A stretch of 64,000 nt of DNA, from positions 2,693 through 66,692 of the forward strand of contig JAQYCQ010000036.1 of NCBI GenBank assembly GCA_028724585.1, given 5' to 3'. The translations under genes were made by a program, and so were the position numbers. Origin of the DNA: Bacillota bacterium (GTDB lineage: Bacteria; Bacillota; Clostridia; Peptostreptococcales; Anaerovoracaceae). Each line of letters begins with the position of its first letter. Within the stretch, counting starts at the first letter, position 1. The notes beneath the pieces are model-generated. The model saw only the letters and a program-made list of their open reading frames with translations. It was not told the origin of the DNA and did not search any database. This document shows positions 49,501 through 59,014 of the stretch, one piece after another.

Positions 49501-49832
49501 CAGAGGAAGACGTGAGGGATGTTACAGACGAGCTGATAGACCGCTTCGGCGACGTGCCTAAGGAAACAGTTTCCCTCATGAAGGTTGCGCTCATAAAATC
49601 CAAGTGCATGAATCTGGGCATATCGCGCGTGGCCTACTTCGGCGGCAAGATCATGTTCTCCTTCGACGCTGAGAAAACACCGGACCCGCAGATATTCTCA
49701 AATGTATCAAAGGCCTACGGCAACGCGGCCATAATAAATATGGGCAGGAAGCCTTTCGTAAAGATAGGAGTAAAGAAAATATCGGACGTCATAGACAGCG
49801 CGATTGATTTTCTTAATAAGGCTGCAGCCTGA
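46554..49832 (+). CDS. mfd: Transcription-repair coupling factor
   Basis: CarD/RID segment ([13 protein letters not shown]), DEAD-box helicase motifs ([18 protein letters not shown]) and a TRCF C-terminal domain. Confidence 0.95.
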   Translation: MANGIRGLIEAVEKGGIVCAAGANRGRTAYACARLMKEKGGQMLIIVPSEERAREMKDFLNFFSPDKEVFVFPDEERHTFHYDAMSRSGSFGRIECLTAMLAGKEGFFVAPVMAASRGMVSKEEFAASEARLVRGADVEGDLREMLASAGYERCSMVEAPGQFSVRGGIVDVFPPGSENPYRIDFFDTEVDDIRQFETFSQRSLGSLDSLVIPPAAARDPEDSGSASYIWDYMAEGSMICADDWNRICEARDLADREWAASAAADSGRDDEEDADGADRQESTEVFLDLKDLAAGLDKAGDFFITEPLDAQLKEMSGDVERVRVSCAPASSYSGQMKFFGDDLKRMSGEGYEIHVACSTDERLSNLRGFVDRMEIVGSIFFDSGFLPEGMIFSDDKLAFISDSDIFRSAKKKRKKKKKSRNKMAAFADFNEGDYVVHENRGIGIFLGIEPMVVDDVRRDYMAIQYAGGDMLYVPVEQMDLVQPYIGSGGNTPKVSRLGSADWTKTKAKARAAVENMAEELVELSAERKMEPGFQFSPDTVWQKQFEDQFPYEETDDQLRCIDEIKMDMESPWPMDRLLCGDVGFGKTEVAARAVFKCIMDGKQAAVLVPTTILANQHYEKFKERFSKFPCTIDMLSRFRSDAEQKKTVEAVAEGKVDVLIGTHRLLSQDVKFKDLGLLVIDEEQRFGVQHKEAIKKLKKNVDVLSLSATPIPRTLHMSLSGIRSMSTIEEAPEDRFPVQTYVLEEDDSLLRGIIMRELDRGGQCFVIYNRVRGINMIADRIRDLVPEARVACAHGRMDERKLEDIMDEFVGHEYDVLVATTIIESGIDIPAANTLIVLDSDRYGLAQLYQLRGRVGRSNVAAYAYFMYQKNKVLSDVAERRLRAIREFTEFGSGFRIAMKDLEIRGAGNLIGTEQSGHMMTIGYELYCKMIDDAVRRLRGEKVEEEEMEVTVDISADAFISSDYISDESVKLDMYKRIAGIRTEEDVRDVTDELIDRFGDVPKETVSLMKVALIKSKCMNLGISRVAYFGGKIMFSFDAEKTPDPQIFSNVSKAYGNAAIINMGRKPFVKIGVKKISDVIDSAIDFLNKAAA

Positions 49833-49926
49833 CGACGACTCCGTCGACATCAAACCTCCGGTCTATGTGGTATAATATTTTACAAGCGTAATGAGGCGGA
49901 CCGGCGTAAGCGGAGGGACGGTAATC

Positions 49927-50853
49927 ATGAAAAGACATATAAATTTAAAGAAAACAGCCGCGATACTGATAGCGGCTTTGATGATACTGGCGCTGGCGGG
50001 CTGCGCTGACAGCGGAGACCAGAACAGGCAGACAGCCAGGATAGGAGATGAAGTCATCACACAGGGACAGCTGGACAACTTCACCATGCTGACCCTGTAC
50101 AGGCAGGGCTACGATCTGTCCGGCACTACAAAGGCTCTTAAAGAAGAGTGCCTTCAGGATATGATAGACGCCGAAGCCCTGAGCCAGTACTGCCAGGATA
50201 ACGGCATCGACCTTTACGACGATACATATAATTCCGGCAAATCGGCATTTATGGATTCTATAAAGAAAAACGACGCTGATTTTCTGGACCAGAACGGTAT
50301 CAAAGACTCTGACCTTATAACTTATTACAGGTCCCAGTACCTGAGTAGCAAGCTGCTGGAGCGGGTACAGAGCGAGTACAGCGCCGACCAGATCGCCAGG
50401 GAAGCTCAGGCCTACTATGACAAACATAAAGATGAGTATAAGGTGGAAAGCGAGAAGCGCATCAGCGAGATACTGACCCATAAAAAGAAGATCGCTGAAG
50501 AGGCGGTGAGCCGTCTGGACAGCGGCGAGCAGTTCGCTGACGTGGCAAGGGATCTTTCTGAGGACATCAACAGCGCGGCAAACGGCGGCGATATGGGCTT
50601 TTTCACCAAGAGCGAGATAAAGGACGAGTTCGGCAGTGAAGTGTTCAAGATGGCTGTAGGCCAGTATTCACAGCCTATAAAGACGACCGACGGTTACGCT
50701 GTCGTCATGGTGACGGCGTCGAACGACTCCGGCTATAAGTCCTTCGATGAGGTCTCTCAGGAGATCAGCTACAGCCTTTACAAAAAATACGGCGACGCTA
50801 AGGTCAAAGAGATCGAAAAAGACATGGACATAGAAAAAGATGAAGTCAAGTAG
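49927..50853 (+). CDS. Peptidyl-prolyl isomerase lipoprotein (PrsA/parvulin-like)
   Basis: Lipobox LALAGC and a parvulin core (ISEIL...A..GGDMGFF...F..A.....G..S.P..T..GY.VV). ATG 49927 follows GGAGGG. Confidence 0.82.
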   Translation: MKRHINLKKTAAILIAALMILALAGCADSGDQNRQTARIGDEVITQGQLDNFTMLTLYRQGYDLSGTTKALKEECLQDMIDAEALSQYCQDNGIDLYDDTYNSGKSAFMDSIKKNDADFLDQNGIKDSDLITYYRSQYLSSKLLERVQSEYSADQIAREAQAYYDKHKDEYKVESEKRISEILTHKKKIAEEAVSRLDSGEQFADVARDLSEDINSAANGGDMGFFTKSEIKDEFGSEVFKMAVGQYSQPIKTTDGYAVVMVTASNDSGYKSFDEVSQEISYSLYKKYGDAKVKEIEKDMDIEKDEVK

Positions 50854-50879
50854 CAGCTGCTGATCTGAAGGAGAACAAA

Positions 50880-51491
50880 ATGCACATATGGGGACATTTC
50901 AAAACAATAACCAGGCACAGGCATATGGTCATGAAGCTGTGCTTTAAGGCCGGGCTCTACAGGCAGGGACTGGCTCACGATCTGTCCAAGTACTCTATCA
51001 CTGAGTTCTCCAAGGGCATCAGGTATTATCAGGGAGTGCGGAGCCCTAACAACTACGAGAGAGAGGTCACGGGCATCTCTCTCTCCTGGCTCCATCACAA
51101 GGGCAGGAACAAGCACCATTTCGAGTACTGGCTTGATTACGATATTAAGGATCCGGGGCGCATGACGGGAATGCTCATGCCGCGGAAGTATGTCGCGGAG
51201 ATGTTCTGCGACCGTATTGCGGCGTGCCGGGTTTATGAAAAAGACGCGTACACGCCGGCAAGTCCGGCGCGTTTTTTTTACAGGAGCAGCGGACGCTTCA
51301 TGATGAATGACGTGACGCGCAGGGAACTGGGCTACCTTCTGACAATGCTCAGCGTAAAAGGAGTGGACGAGTCGCTGCGCTATGTAAAACACGAATTCCT
51401 CAAAGGAACCGAGATCCCGGATGATTACGTGGAATGCGAGAATCTCAGGGACTTTGACGAGAGATACGAAGCAGGTGAGTTAGGGATATGA
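50880..51491 (+). CDS. DUF5662-like protein
   Basis: HFKTITRHRHMVMKLCFKAGLYRQGLAHDLSK. The family call is from memory. The stop codon overlaps the dnaE ATG (ATGA). Confidence 0.55.
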   Translation: MHIWGHFKTITRHRHMVMKLCFKAGLYRQGLAHDLSKYSITEFSKGIRYYQGVRSPNNYEREVTGISLSWLHHKGRNKHHFEYWLDYDIKDPGRMTGMLMPRKYVAEMFCDRIAACRVYEKDAYTPASPARFFYRSSGRFMMNDVTRRELGYLLTMLSVKGVDESLRYVKHEFLKGTEIPDDYVECENLRDFDERYEAGELGI

Positions 51492-54400
51492 GCTTTACAC
51501 ATCTACACGTACATACCGAATACAGCCTGCTGGACGGGGCCTCGCGCCTGCAGCCGCTCATAGACAGGGCTGTGGAGCTGGGCATGGATTCCATGGCTAT
51601 CACCGACCACGGTGTCATGTTCGGCGTGGTGAATTTCTGGAAGGCCTGCAGGAAGGCCGGGATAAAGCCGGTCATAGGCTGTGAGGTCTACACAGCTGCC
51701 CGCACCCGCTTCGACAAGGACCCGGAAAGGGACAAGAGAAGGGGCCATCTCATCCTGCTGGCCGAGAATAATGAAGGCTACAAAAATCTCATAAAGATAG
51801 TCTCGAGATCATTTACAGAGGGCTTTTACTACAAGCCGCGTACGGATATGGACCTGCTCAGGCAGTACAGCGGCGGGATAATAGCTACCAGCGCCTGCCT
51901 GGCCGGTGATGTGCAGAGGTTGCTGATGGCCGGCGACTATGACGGCGCAAAAAAGAAGGCGCTTGAGTTTCAGGACATATTCGGCAAGGGCAATTTCTTT
52001 CTGGAGATCCAGAACCAGGGCCTGCCGGAAGAGAAAAGGATAAACCCGCTGCTGATAAAGCTGAGCAGGGAGACCGGAATAGAGATGGTGGCCACAAACG
52101 ACGTCCACTATATCCGCAGAGAGGACGCTTCCTATCACGATGTCCTGCTCTGCATACAGACCGGAGCCTATCTCACAGATACCGACAGGCTGAGATTCGC
52201 CAACGACCAGTTCTACCTTAAGTCCGAGGAAGAGATGCGCAGCCTGTTCCCGGAGATTCCGGAAGCTATAGAAAACACCCATAAGATAGCGGAGCGCTGC
52301 AATGTGGAGTTCGAGTTCGGCCACCTTCACCTGCCGAAATTCGATCCGCCTGCCCAGTATCCTGATACAGAATCCTATCTCAGGGCGCTGTGCGAGAAGG
52401 GCGTCAAAGAGAGATACGGCACGGTCACTCCGGAGCTCAGGGAAAGACTGGAGTACGAGCTCAGCACTATAGTAAACATGGGCTATGTGGAATACTTCCT
52501 CATAGTCTGGGATTTCATAAACTACGCAAAATCAAAGGGTATACCGGTGGGACCGGGCAGAGGCTCCGCGGCGGGAAGCGTCGTCGCCTATTGCCTGAGG
52601 ATCACGGATATAGACCCTATAAGATACAACCTCATCTTCGAGCGTTTCCTCAATCCGGAGAGAGTCAGCATGCCTGATATAGACGTCGACTTCTGCTTCG
52701 AACGCAGAGGAGAGGTAATAGAATATGTAGTCAGGAAATACGGGCGCGACCACGTGTCCCAGATCATCACATTCGGCACGATGAAGGCCAAGCAGGCCAT
52801 CAGGGATGTGGGCCGCGTTATGCAGATCAGCTACGCCAGGACAGACGCTGTAGCCAAGATGATCCCCTTCGACCTGCATATGACTCTGGATAAGGCGATA
52901 AGTATCAATCCAGAGCTCAAGCGTGTCTACGATACTGATCCGGAGATACACAGGATGCTGGATGTAGCAAAGTCTATAGAGGGCATGCCGAGAAACGCCG
53001 GCACACACGCCGCCGGAGTCGTCATTTCCAGGGATCCGCTCGACAGCTACGTTCCTCTGTATCTGTCGGATAAAGGCATATCCGCCCAGTTCGAAAAGGA
53101 CACTATAGAAGAACTGGGACTGCTGAAGATGGACTTCCTCGGCCTGAGAACCCTGACAGTCATACAGGACGCGGTCGACGCCATAAAAGACTCATACGGC
53201 ATAGACGTCGATTTCACGGAGATGGATTTCGACGATCCGGAAGTGTATAAGATGATCTCGTCCGGAGACACCCTGGGAGTATTCCAGCTGGAGTCGGGCG
53301 GGATGACCCAGTTCATGAAGAACCTGGAGCCAGACTGCATAGACGATATCATAGCCGGCATATCCCTATACAGGCCGGGCCCTATGGATTCTATACCTAC
53401 ATATATAGCGAACAAGAAGAATCCGGCAGGGATAACCTATCTGGATCCCCATCTCGAGCCTATACTCAAGGTCACCTACGGCTGCCTGGTATACCAGGAG
53501 CAGGTAATGCAGATAGTAAGGGACCTGGCGGGATACTCATACGGACGGAGCGACCTGGTCCGCAGGGCCATGTCCAAGAAAAAAGAAGACGTCATGCTGA
53601 AGGAAGAGGAGTACTTCATCTACGGCAGGCCGGCAGAGGACGGTCAGGCCGCAGTCAAGGGCTGCATAGCCAACGGCATTCCCGAGGAAGTGGCAAAAGA
53701 GATCTTCGCCCACATGGTCAGCTTCGCTTCATACGCTTTCAACAAGTCGCACGCTGCTGCTTACGCGGTCGTAGCCTACGAGACGGCCTGGCTCAAATGC
53801 CACTATCCGGCTGAGTTCATGGCAGCCCTGATGACTTCCGTCAGCGACGATCCGGCCAAGGTGGCTAAATACATCAGGAACTGCAGGGAACACGGAGTCG
53901 ACGTGCTGCCGCCTGACATAAACCAGAGCAGCAGGAAGTTCACAGCTCACAAGGGGACCGTAAGGTTCGGCATGAGCGGCATCAAGAACGTCGGCGACGG
54001 AGTGATTGAGGAGATCCTCCGTGCACGCGGAGCGTGCGGAAGTTTTCAGGATTTTCCGGGCTTCATAGATTCTCTGGATATTTCCAGGATCAACAAGAAA
54101 GCCATCGAGAGCCTGATAAAAGCGGGCACTTTCGATTCCCTTGAGCCTAACAGGGCCAGGCTGATGGCAGTCTACGAGGACCTTATAGATACAGCCCACG
54201 ATCTCTCCAAAAACAACGTGGCGGGCCAGCTTTCCCTCTTCAGCGATTTCGAGGAGCTGGGCGGCATAGACATGGGCAGCAGCATGACCTTTAAGATGCC
54301 TGAGGTGAAGAACTTCAGCAAAAAGACCATGCTGGAGATGGAGAAAGAGATGCTGGGAGTGTACGTCTCGGGCCACCCGCTCGACGACTACAGGGACAGG

Positions 54401-54946
54401 CTCAGCGAAATATCGAGCATAGATACAGAGAAGATGCTCCATCCTGAGGAGCACGGTATCAATGACGGCGACAGGGTAGTACTGGGCGCCATGATCCGTT
54501 CGCTGCGCACAGTCATAACAAAGAAAAACACGATAATGGCTTTTGTCCAGGTCGAGGATCTCTACGGAGAGACCGAGGTCATCGTATTCCCGCGCACCTA
54601 CGAGCGTGTAAGGAGCATGCTCGCCGACGACAGGATAGTCGTGATAAACGGCAGGATCCAGCTCAGGGACGATGACGACGCGAGGATAATAGCCGACGAG
54701 CTCGTAGACATAGACGATTACTATACAGTAGAGGACGACAGGGACGTCTACCTGACCATACCTGCCGGAACAGACGAACGCAGAGCCCTGAGCGCTATCT
54801 CGGGCGTGATCTCGAAGTATCCGGGAAAGCGCAGGGTCTACATACTGCTGAGCCGGAACGGCAAAAGGCTGGCGGCTAACAGCACGGTCAGCCCGTGCAG
54901 CAGATTTTTTGCTGAGATACAGAGCATCATCGGAAAGGAGCGATAG
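51488..54946 (+). CDS. dnaE: DNA polymerase III alpha subunit
   Basis: PHP domain (FTHLHVHTEYSLLDG), GPGRGSAAGS, and DIDVDF. Confidence 0.96.
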   Translation: MSFTHLHVHTEYSLLDGASRLQPLIDRAVELGMDSMAITDHGVMFGVVNFWKACRKAGIKPVIGCEVYTAARTRFDKDPERDKRRGHLILLAENNEGYKNLIKIVSRSFTEGFYYKPRTDMDLLRQYSGGIIATSACLAGDVQRLLMAGDYDGAKKKALEFQDIFGKGNFFLEIQNQGLPEEKRINPLLIKLSRETGIEMVATNDVHYIRREDASYHDVLLCIQTGAYLTDTDRLRFANDQFYLKSEEEMRSLFPEIPEAIENTHKIAERCNVEFEFGHLHLPKFDPPAQYPDTESYLRALCEKGVKERYGTVTPELRERLEYELSTIVNMGYVEYFLIVWDFINYAKSKGIPVGPGRGSAAGSVVAYCLRITDIDPIRYNLIFERFLNPERVSMPDIDVDFCFERRGEVIEYVVRKYGRDHVSQIITFGTMKAKQAIRDVGRVMQISYARTDAVAKMIPFDLHMTLDKAISINPELKRVYDTDPEIHRMLDVAKSIEGMPRNAGTHAAGVVISRDPLDSYVPLYLSDKGISAQFEKDTIEELGLLKMDFLGLRTLTVIQDAVDAIKDSYGIDVDFTEMDFDDPEVYKMISSGDTLGVFQLESGGMTQFMKNLEPDCIDDIIAGISLYRPGPMDSIPTYIANKKNPAGITYLDPHLEPILKVTYGCLVYQEQVMQIVRDLAGYSYGRSDLVRRAMSKKKEDVMLKEEEYFIYGRPAEDGQAAVKGCIANGIPEEVAKEIFAHMVSFASYAFNKSHAAAYAVVAYETAWLKCHYPAEFMAALMTSVSDDPAKVAKYIRNCREHGVDVLPPDINQSSRKFTAHKGTVRFGMSGIKNVGDGVIEEILRARGACGSFQDFPGFIDSLDISRINKKAIESLIKAGTFDSLEPNRARLMAVYEDLIDTAHDLSKNNVAGQLSLFSDFEELGGIDMGSSMTFKMPEVKNFSKKTMLEMEKEMLGVYVSGHPLDDYRDRLSEISSIDTEKMLHPEEHGINDGDRVVLGAMIRSLRTVITKKNTIMAFVQVEDLYGETEVIVFPRTYERVRSMLADDRIVVINGRIQLRDDDDARIIADELVDIDDYYTVEDDRDVYLTIPAGTDERRALSAISGVISKYPGKRRVYILLSRNGKRLAANSTVSPCSRFFAEIQSIIGKER

Positions 54947-54949
54947 ACG

Positions 54950-55912
54950 ATGAAGAGGATCGGCGTACTGACGAGCGGAGGAGACGCTCCCGGCATGAAC
55001 GCGGCCGTAAGAGCCGTAGTGAGGGGAGCCATTTTTAACGAAATGCAGGTTTACGGGATATTCGACGGTTACGAAGGCCTTATGAACGGCGAGATAGAGG
55101 AGCTGGGAAGGTCGTCCGTCTCCGACATCATCCACAGGGGAGGCACGATACTCAGGAGCTCGAGGAGCCCTAAGTTCAAGACACCTGAAGGCACGAGAAG
55201 GGCGATAGAACAGGCTGAGAAGTTCGGCCTGGAAGGTATCGTTGTCATAGGCGGCGACGGCTCCTTCAGGGGTTCGGTCAACCTGCTCCGCGGAGGGATA
55301 GTGACGGTGGGAGTGCCGGGCACCATCGACAACGACCTGGGCTACACCGACGAGACAATAGGCTTCGATACCGCTGTAAACACTGTAGTATCGTTATTAG
55401 GCAATATACGCGACACGACCATAGCCCACGGCTGTGCGACCGTAGTCGAGGTAATGGGCAGGAACTGCGGTGACATAGCCCTGCGCGCGGGACTGGCGGC
55501 CGGCGCCGAGTCCATCCTGATCCCGGAGGTCCCTTATGATATAGACGCTATATGCGACAAGATGATCGCCGGCAAAAAGCGCGGAAAACACCACAGCATA
55601 ATAATGAAGGCAGAGGGAGTGGATATCCCGACGCCTGAGCTGGCCCACCTGCTGGAGGAACGCACCGGCATCAAGACACGTACCGTCATCCCGGCTTACA
55701 TCCAGAGAGGCGGATCGCCTACAGCCTTCGACAGGCTCCTTGCCAGCCGCCTGGGCTACAAAGCGGTAGAGCTCCTGAGGGACGACGTGCGCGGCGTGGC
55801 GGTCGGCGTCCGCGGCGAGGAGATCATAGTCAAGGATATCGAAGAAGCCATAGACAGCAAAAATAAGCCGGACCTTAAGAATATTGAGCTTGCCTCGATA
55901 TTGTCAATATAA
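54950..55912 (+). CDS. pfkA: ATP-dependent 6-phosphofructokinase
   Basis: [26 protein letters not shown] and PGTIDND. Confidence 0.96.
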   Translation: MKRIGVLTSGGDAPGMNAAVRAVVRGAIFNEMQVYGIFDGYEGLMNGEIEELGRSSVSDIIHRGGTILRSSRSPKFKTPEGTRRAIEQAEKFGLEGIVVIGGDGSFRGSVNLLRGGIVTVGVPGTIDNDLGYTDETIGFDTAVNTVVSLLGNIRDTTIAHGCATVVEVMGRNCGDIALRAGLAAGAESILIPEVPYDIDAICDKMIAGKKRGKHHSIIMKAEGVDIPTPELAHLLEERTGIKTRTVIPAYIQRGGSPTAFDRLLASRLGYKAVELLRDDVRGVAVGVRGEEIIVKDIEEAIDSKNKPDLKNIELASILSI

Positions 55913-55966
55913 CAGCTGTCTGCTATAATCCTAAATTATATTCAGGCAAAGAACATCTGATCTTAC

Positions 55967-56000
55967 GTGGACTCCGTCCACGACCGGCCGCGGAGCGGCC
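55967..56000. repeat. Twin GC hairpins (TCC loop then GGA loop)
   Basis: GTGGAC-TCC-GTCCAC (55967-55981) and GGCCGC-GGA-GCGGCC (55986-56000), followed by a third hairpin with the stem GAGACGCGC/GCGCGTCT. Confidence 0.8.
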
Positions 56001-56075
56001 GAAGAGACGCGCTCCGCGCAGGTCCGCAGCGCGCGTCTTACGTGCCTTTAAACACAGAATAGGAGTATTGGATTA

Positions 56076-57914
56076 ATGTGTGGAATAGTCGGATATATCG
56101 GTGAGGAGAATGCCACCGGAATTATTATAGAAGGGCTTAAAAAGCTCGAGTACAGAGGCTATGACTCTTCAGGCATAGCGCTGTGCACAAAAGAAAACAA
56201 ACTGCTTGTAAGGAAGAAGAAGGGCAGGATAGCCAACCTCGAGAAGATGATAAAGGGCGAGGACCTGACCGCTAACCTGGGCATAGGCCATACCAGATGG
56301 GCAACCCACGGCGCGCCTTCGGATGTCAACGCTCATCCTCATACAGACATGAGCGGTAAGATAGCCGTAGTCCATAACGGTATCATCGAGAACTTCATGG
56401 AGCTCAAGAAAGAGCTGACCGAGAAGCATGGGGTTGAATTCAAGTCAGAGACAGATACAGAGGTCGTAGCCAACCTTATAGGCGTCTGCTACGAAGAAGA
56501 AAAGGACCTTGAGGCCGCTGTCTACAAAGCCCTTAAAAGAGTGAGAGGCTCATACGGACTGGGAGTCGTGTGCGCTGACGAGCCTGACAAGCTGGTGGCA
56601 GCCCGCAAGGACAGCCCGCTGATCATCGGCCTCGGAAAGCGCGGCAACTTCATAGCCAGCGATATCCCGGCAGTCCTCAAATACTGCCGCCAGATCTACC
56701 TGCTCGAGAACAACGAGATGGCAGTCATCAAAGAGAACGACGTCAAGATCTACGACGCTGACCATAAGGAAGTCCAGAGAGAAGTCTTCAACGTAACATG
56801 GGACGCTGACGCTGCCGAGAAAGAAGGCTACGAGCACTTCATGCTCAAGGAGATCCACGAACAGCCTGACGGTATCAGGGACACTCTGGTGCGCCGCATG
56901 GACGACGACGGCGAGATAGTCCTCGACGGCATCAATCTCACTAAGGAAGATATAGAAAATTTCGATAAGGTCTACATCGTAGCCTGCGGTACGGCTTACC
57001 ACGCCGGTCTGATCGGCAAATACGCCATCGAGAAGCTGGCAAAGATCAGCGTAGAGGTAGATGTGGCATCCGAGTTCAGGTACAGAGACCCGTTCATAGA
57101 TGACAAGACCCTCTTTATAGCTATAAGCCAGTCGGGCGAGACCCTCGATACCCTGGCAGCCCTGCGCGAAGCCAAGAAGAAGGGAGCCCGCGTGCTCTCG
57201 GTGGTAAACGTGGTAGGCAGCTCGGTGGCACGTGAGTCAGACGACGTATTCTACACATGGGCAGGCCCTGAGATAGCGGTGGCATCCACAAAGGCCTACA
57301 CCACACAGCTGGTCTGCATGTACATGATCGGCCTCTATATGGGCCGCAAAAAGGGCATAGTTTCCGACGAGACCTACAGGAAATACATAGACGAGCTCAT
57401 GGCTGTTCCTGAAAAGGTATCGAAGATCCTGGATCAGGAAGAAAAGATCGCTGATATCGCCAAGAAGCTCTATACTAAGAACGGTGTGTTCTACATAGGC
57501 AGAGGCATTGACTCGGCTGTATCCTACGAAGGCTCCCTCAAGCTCAAGGAGATCTCATACATCAACTCCTTCGCCATAGCTGCAGGCGAGCTCAAGCACG
57601 GCACCATCGCCCTCATAGAACAGGGCACCCTGGTGATCGCCATCGCCACACAGGATAAGCTCTTCGAAAAGATGCTCTCCAACATCAAGGAAGTAAAGGC
57701 AAGGGGCGCTTTCGTCATGGCGGTAGCCAAGGAAGGCAACACCGCTATAGAAGAAGAGTCAAACGAAGTCATCTACATTCCTCAGTGCATGGATGAGATA
57801 ACACCGCTGCTCTCCATAGTACCTCTCCAGCTCTTCGCTTATTACGTAGCCAGGAACAGAGGCTGCGACATCGATAAGCCTAAGAATCTGGCTAAGAGCG
57901 TTACAGTAGAATAA
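56076..57914 (+). CDS. glmS: Glutamine--fructose-6-phosphate aminotransferase
   Basis: MCGIVGY N-terminal nucleophile, two SIS domains, and a C-terminal ...KSVTVE. Confidence 0.96.
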   Translation: MCGIVGYIGEENATGIIIEGLKKLEYRGYDSSGIALCTKENKLLVRKKKGRIANLEKMIKGEDLTANLGIGHTRWATHGAPSDVNAHPHTDMSGKIAVVHNGIIENFMELKKELTEKHGVEFKSETDTEVVANLIGVCYEEEKDLEAAVYKALKRVRGSYGLGVVCADEPDKLVAARKDSPLIIGLGKRGNFIASDIPAVLKYCRQIYLLENNEMAVIKENDVKIYDADHKEVQREVFNVTWDADAAEKEGYEHFMLKEIHEQPDGIRDTLVRRMDDDGEIVLDGINLTKEDIENFDKVYIVACGTAYHAGLIGKYAIEKLAKISVEVDVASEFRYRDPFIDDKTLFIAISQSGETLDTLAALREAKKKGARVLSVVNVVGSSVARESDDVFYTWAGPEIAVASTKAYTTQLVCMYMIGLYMGRKKGIVSDETYRKYIDELMAVPEKVSKILDQEEKIADIAKKLYTKNGVFYIGRGIDSAVSYEGSLKLKEISYINSFAIAAGELKHGTIALIEQGTLVIAIATQDKLFEKMLSNIKEVKARGAFVMAVAKEGNTAIEEESNEVIYIPQCMDEITPLLSIVPLQLFAYYVARNRGCDIDKPKNLAKSVTVE

Positions 57915-57934
57915 ACAAAATACGGATAAAATAC

Positions 57935-58000
57935 AAAAGGGCCGCGAGGGCGGTGGAAGCACGATATCAGAGCTTCCGCCGTCTTCGCGGCCCTTGCTTT
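57935..58000. terminator. Long imperfect hairpin terminator after glmS
   Basis: aaaaGGGCCGCGAGGGCGGTGGAAGC - 11-nt loop - GCTTCCGCCGTCTTCGCGGCCCtt, forming a ~27-bp stem. Confidence 0.7.
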
Positions 58001-58009
58001 TACGCTGTC

Positions 58010-58042
58010 GTCAGCTCCGCTGACATTGCGCGCGGAGCGCGC
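58010..58042. repeat. Twin GC hairpins (TCC loop then GGA loop)
   Basis: GTCAGC-TCC-GCTGAC (58010-58024) and GCGCGC-GGA-GCGCGC (58028-58042). A further hairpin GCGGGCGA...TCGCCCGC lies at 58048-58077. Confidence 0.8.
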
Positions 58043-58083
58043 GGGACGCGGGCGAGGCGCAGCCGCGCTTCGCCCGCGCTCTG

Positions 58084-58857
58084 TTATTTTTTCGTATCCT
58101 TTGCTATCTGTATCCTGACAGCTTCGACAGCTGCTTTTACTGAAGTGTCCACGGAGTGGTCGACAGGATTAGGCAGGCCTTTTTTAGCCCTTTCCTGGTT
58201 GGCCATGACATGGAGTACAGTCGCCGCCCTGACACCCAGATACTGGGCGACCGTGAAAATGGCGGCCGATTCCATCTCTGAAGCCAGGCAGCCCATCTTG
58301 AGCCAGGCCTGCCATTTGTACTGCAGCATATCGCCGACTGGCATGAGGGAAGGGTCGTGCTGGCCGTAGAATGAATCCTTGCACTGGACAACGCCCGTGT
58401 GGTAAGGAATGCCGGACTTTTCCGCCGCTTCGACCAGTGAAGTCGTGAGTTCGAAATCAGCTACGGCAGGATATTCTATCGGCGCGTACTCGACGCTGGT
58501 GCCCTCGGCGCGGACCGCTCCTGTAGCGATGACCAGGTCTCCGCTCATTACATCGTCCTGCATGCCTCCGCATGTTCCCGTCCTTATGAAGGTATCGGCG
58601 CCGGCCTTGACCAGCTCTTCGACGGCTATGGCCGCGGAAGGGCCGCCTATGCCTGTGGATGTGACGCTGACCCTTGTCCCGTCCAGAGTCCCGGTGTAAG
58701 TGACGAACTCCCGGTTGTCAGCTATGAACTCCGCGTCGTCGAAATATGACGCTATCAGCTTGCACCTCTTAGGATCGCCGGGCAGGATCACGTATCTGCC
58801 CACGTCTCCGTTCTTTATCCCCAGATGGTACTGGGTACCTTCTTCTGCGTATTTCAT
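58084..58857 (-). CDS. udp: Uridine phosphorylase
   Basis: Closely parallels E. coli Udp: [35 protein letters not shown] and EMESA. Confidence 0.88.
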   Translation of the reverse strand: MKYAEEGTQYHLGIKNGDVGRYVILPGDPKRCKLIASYFDDAEFIADNREFVTYTGTLDGTRVSVTSTGIGGPSAAIAVEELVKAGADTFIRTGTCGGMQDDVMSGDLVIATGAVRAEGTSVEYAPIEYPAVADFELTTSLVEAAEKSGIPYHTGVVQCKDSFYGQHDPSLMPVGDMLQYKWQAWLKMGCLASEMESAAIFTVAQYLGVRAATVLHVMANQERAKKGLPNPVDHSVDTSVKAAVEAVRIQIAKDTKK

Positions 58858-59014
58858 CGTTTATCTCCTATGTAATATCACTGAAAGCAATGTCATGAAA
58901 ATGAAATCTTAATGCTTGCTTAATACGATAGCACGAGTTTTTGATTTATTGTATAATATGTTGACGATAATTCTGACAATTTTCATATACTTTACCACAC
59001 AGGAGGTAATCTGA

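Noticed and set aside
55913-56075. Possible glmS ribozyme upstream of glmS
   Set aside because: The 163-nt leader lacks the conserved ribozyme core segments that I know from Firmicute examples. It is instead occupied by GC triloop hairpins. A covariance-model scan is still needed to be certain.
2116-58042. Reading the GGA-loop hairpins as CsrA binding sites
   Set aside because: GGA and TCC polarities are mixed relative to the direction of the flanking genes, and the twin modules are strand-symmetric. The stems are far more GC-rich than typical CsrA targets. I kept this only as a remote possibility within the hairpin-family finding.
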